64,000 nucleotides of DNA from Phaeosaccion multiseriatum (Eukaryota > Protista > Ochrophyta, other classes), in assembly GCA_965112735.1 (NCBI GenBank), contig OZ218953.1, positions 2,728,001 through 2,792,000 of the forward strand. Direction: 5' to 3'. Below the pieces are notes generated by a model. It was not told the DNA's origin. It saw nothing but the letters and a program-made list of their open reading frames with translations, and did no database searches. The translations under genes were made by a program, and so were the position numbers. Of the stretch, positions 61,585 to 64,000 are shown one piece after another. The stretch's first letter is position 1, and each line of letters begins with the position of its first letter.

Positions 61585-61987
61585 AGCTCAGGTGCTGTGT
61601 CCTATTTCCTCTCCGGCCTCCACAGCGATTACCACTCACAAGCAGCAGTTTCTCCTCCCAACTGAGATGCTTCCCCAGATGCAGACAAAACAGGAAGAAC
61701 ACTACTTTGTACCCCCTTTCTCTTCTCTCTCTCTTCGCTTTGGTCGTCCTGTTGGACAAAGTCTTCTCCAAAATCCCCGGGGTGGAAATCGCTGTGAGTT
61801 CACAGCCTGGCTGCCCCAGAGAGAGAGAGACAGATGATATTGTTGAGAGATAGAGGCGCAACCAGTTCACCACAATAGACGCATAGCAACTGCAGCTGCG
61901 GCAAGTGGTCGGAGGGGCGAGAGGAGCCGGACTGGGGCTGGAGTTTCCCTCTAAGACGCGGCCCTTGGAGCAGACCTTGGAGCCAAA

Positions 61988-63514
61988 AGTGAGTGTCCCC
62001 TTACTGAAATGGGGCTCGTCCTCGGTACTGGCGGCTATCGGAGACAATTCTACCAGGGTTGCTGAAACGTTGGGATCCCTTTGTCTTCTGCATCTTTGCC
62101 TTCTTCATCTCCCGCCCTCTGCTTCTCTCCCTTAGATACTTTCCCTCCCCCTCTTGCCTCCCTCTTCCCGCCTCTCCCCTCCCTTCCTCCAGTCCCGCCC
62201 TTTCAACCAGCCAATATGCGCTCAACCTTGCCTACTCTCTCGTGCAATGCATTGTCCCAGTGATCACTGCTCTAAGTTTGGCTCTTCTTCTCCTTCTTCC
62301 TTGCGCACCCTCGTCTCTGCTCAATCCACACTCACGTGCCCTACAGTGAGTGTGACGGGCAATAAGGGCGTGGGGATGCCCATCATCCTGCTGCATGACG
62401 CAGAGGGTGCTGTGTGCACGGTAGAGACCAAGTCGGGGGAGATTTATAGAGGCATCATCCAAGAAACAGAGGACAACATGAACCTGCAAATGGCGGTAAG
62501 AGGAAAGGAATGCACGTCGACGTAAGAGGAGAGGGAAAGAGGAGAGTGTGTATCATGCACGTAGCAAAGACGTATCGATGCGTCAAAGTACCCTTCCTTT
62601 GAGGAAGGACTTCCATCCCCGTCCTCCTGAGCATCGTGTTCTCTGCTGTCCCACTCTCACTCGTGTCCCCTGTCATGCGCTGCCTCAGGATGTACAACGT
62701 ACGAACATTCATGGCAAAGTAGCGAACATGTCAAGCGTGTTTATTCGGGGAGGGCAAATCTTGTTGGTGGTGGTGCCGGACATCTTGAAGCACGGGCCAA
62801 TGTTCCAGCGGATTGCGGATTGGAGGAAATATAAGGGTAACCCGCCTTCTCGGGCAGTCAAGGTAAGAGGGGAGGGGCTGCTGCTGCTGCTCTTTCTGCT
62901 GCTGCTGCTGCTGCTCTTGCTGCTGTTGTTGTTGTTGTTGTTTCTACTGCTGCTGCGGTGGCAGCTGTTACTGCTTCTGCTGCTGTTGTTGTTACTGCTA
63001 CTGCTGCTACTCCCTCCAGTTCTACGTAGCTCCTAGGCAATCACACCGTACTTAGATTATCGATGTCTGTGTTGGCCCCTCAATTAGGGGGGGGGAGAGA
63101 GAGAAGCCGCTGCAACAGACCTTGTCGCCTCCCTCACACCTCTTGCTCTCCTCCTACCCTTGTACTGTCTTCCACAACCACTAGGTTGGAGAGCAGAGAG
63201 CAATTCTACGGAAAGAGGGATTCCGGGGGGGGAGGGGGGGAGGCAGAGGCGGATTTGGAGGCGGCAGAGGGATGCCAGGCAGGGGCGAAGGGGGAGGGGG
63301 TGGTTTTGGAGGAGGGAGAGGAGGGGATGGAGGCGGCTACGGGGGGGGGGGAGGGCGAGGAGGAGGAGGAGGCTACGGAGGTGGGGGGGGGGGGGGTTAC
63401 GGAGGTGGGGGGGGGGGGGGTTACGGAGGTGGAGGAGGAGGGTACCAGGGAGGAGGAGGAGGGAGAGGGGGCGGAGGAGGATACGGTCCACCAGGAGGAG
63501 GCGGTGGCTATTGA
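61988..63514 (+). CDS. SNRPD3: Small nuclear ribonucleoprotein Sm D3; coding exons 61988 (1 nt), 62347-62495, 62689-62862, 63185-63514
   Basis: GMPIILLHDAEG..VETKSGEIYRG..EDNMN, VFIRGGQI..VVPDILKHGPMF, and an RG/GGY-rich tail; the junctions keep the frame. Confidence 0.9.
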
Positions 63515-63841
63515 CACCCTTAAAGCATCTTTTAAACTCTATAGAACCACCACCAAGCGACGGGTCCCGACGACAGCGCCGACCGACACGCCATGCAAAG
63601 CATCTTTCTCTCTCACTCTCTCTTCAGTATGGCCCATTTCATCATCCTGTGCTGTGCTCCCAGTCTGCTCTTGATGAAGGAAGGCTCGGCCATCTGCCGC
63701 TGGGGAATGAATGCTCTTGAGCGTTGATTCTTGTGCTTGTGGGTGTGTGACAGTGACGCAAGACCCAGTGGTGTGGCGTGGTGTGGTGTGATGTGGTGTG
63801 GTGTGGTGTGGTCGTCAGTGGATAAGTGGAAGTGTACGTGG

Positions 63842-63985
63842 TCATGACGCGCTGTCACCCAAGGCCGCCATCCGCCCGTCCAGCGCGGTGAGGTTGTCCT
63901 TGACTTGCTGCAGATTGCCCTCCATGGCCCCCTCTACCTCCCGTAGGCACTCCGTCGTCTCCTTCAGAGTGGCGTCCAACTTCAC
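63842..63985 (-). CDS. DCTN2: Dynactin subunit 2 (dynamitin/p50), last exon
   Basis: cag|VKLDATLKETTECLREVEGAMEGNLQQVKDNLTALDGRMAALGDSAS* parallels the dynamitin C-terminus (..[38 protein letters not shown]). It is absent from the ORF track. Confidence 0.7.
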   Translation of the reverse strand: MKLDATLKETTECLREVEGAMEGNLQQVKDNLTALDGRMAALGDSAS

Positions 63986-64000
63986 CTGACCAGGCGAAAG

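Noticed and set aside
1-64000. Autonomous transposon, viral or prokaryotic operon genes
   Set aside because: No transposase, reverse transcriptase, integrase or capsid motifs were recognised, and all recognisable genes contain spliceosomal introns.

Overview
This is GC-rich, microsatellite-dense eukaryotic genomic DNA with GT-AG spliceosomal introns, so most long ORFs in the six-frame track are exon fragments or repeat artefacts. The gene content suggests a flagellated stramenopile, probably an ochrophyte alga (inference from CFAP58, a CBM20-TPS-TPP fusion, Tudor-like DYDDGE repeats and a complex I gamma-CA). I reconstructed about 16 intron-containing genes by eye: CFAP58 (3' part), clathrin light chain, a mucin-like type I membrane protein, a small WW-like orphan, NBR1, a trehalose-6-phosphate synthase/phosphatase, a KIF12-like kinesin, two related TPR/IQ low-complexity proteins (one with 5 Tudor-like repeats), TAF9, a BcsA/CelA-like GT2 glucan synthase, an orphan, a possible Nsl1/Mis14 protein, gamma-CA, SmD3 and the last exon of dynamitin. 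Four signals are not explained by these genes. (1) An 18-bp DNA word, TGTATCACCAACTGCTGC, occurs about 12 times inside CTG/CAG microsatellites, in exons of unrelated genes (in different frames and strands) and in introns. (2) Intron microsatellites show a systematic polarity that extends the splice signals. (3) A 100-bp spacerless palindrome sits in an intron. (4) Several small inverted-repeat elements have ACATRG-like ends. No CRISPR array, rRNA or tRNA was found. All coordinates were read by eye and may be off by a few bases.
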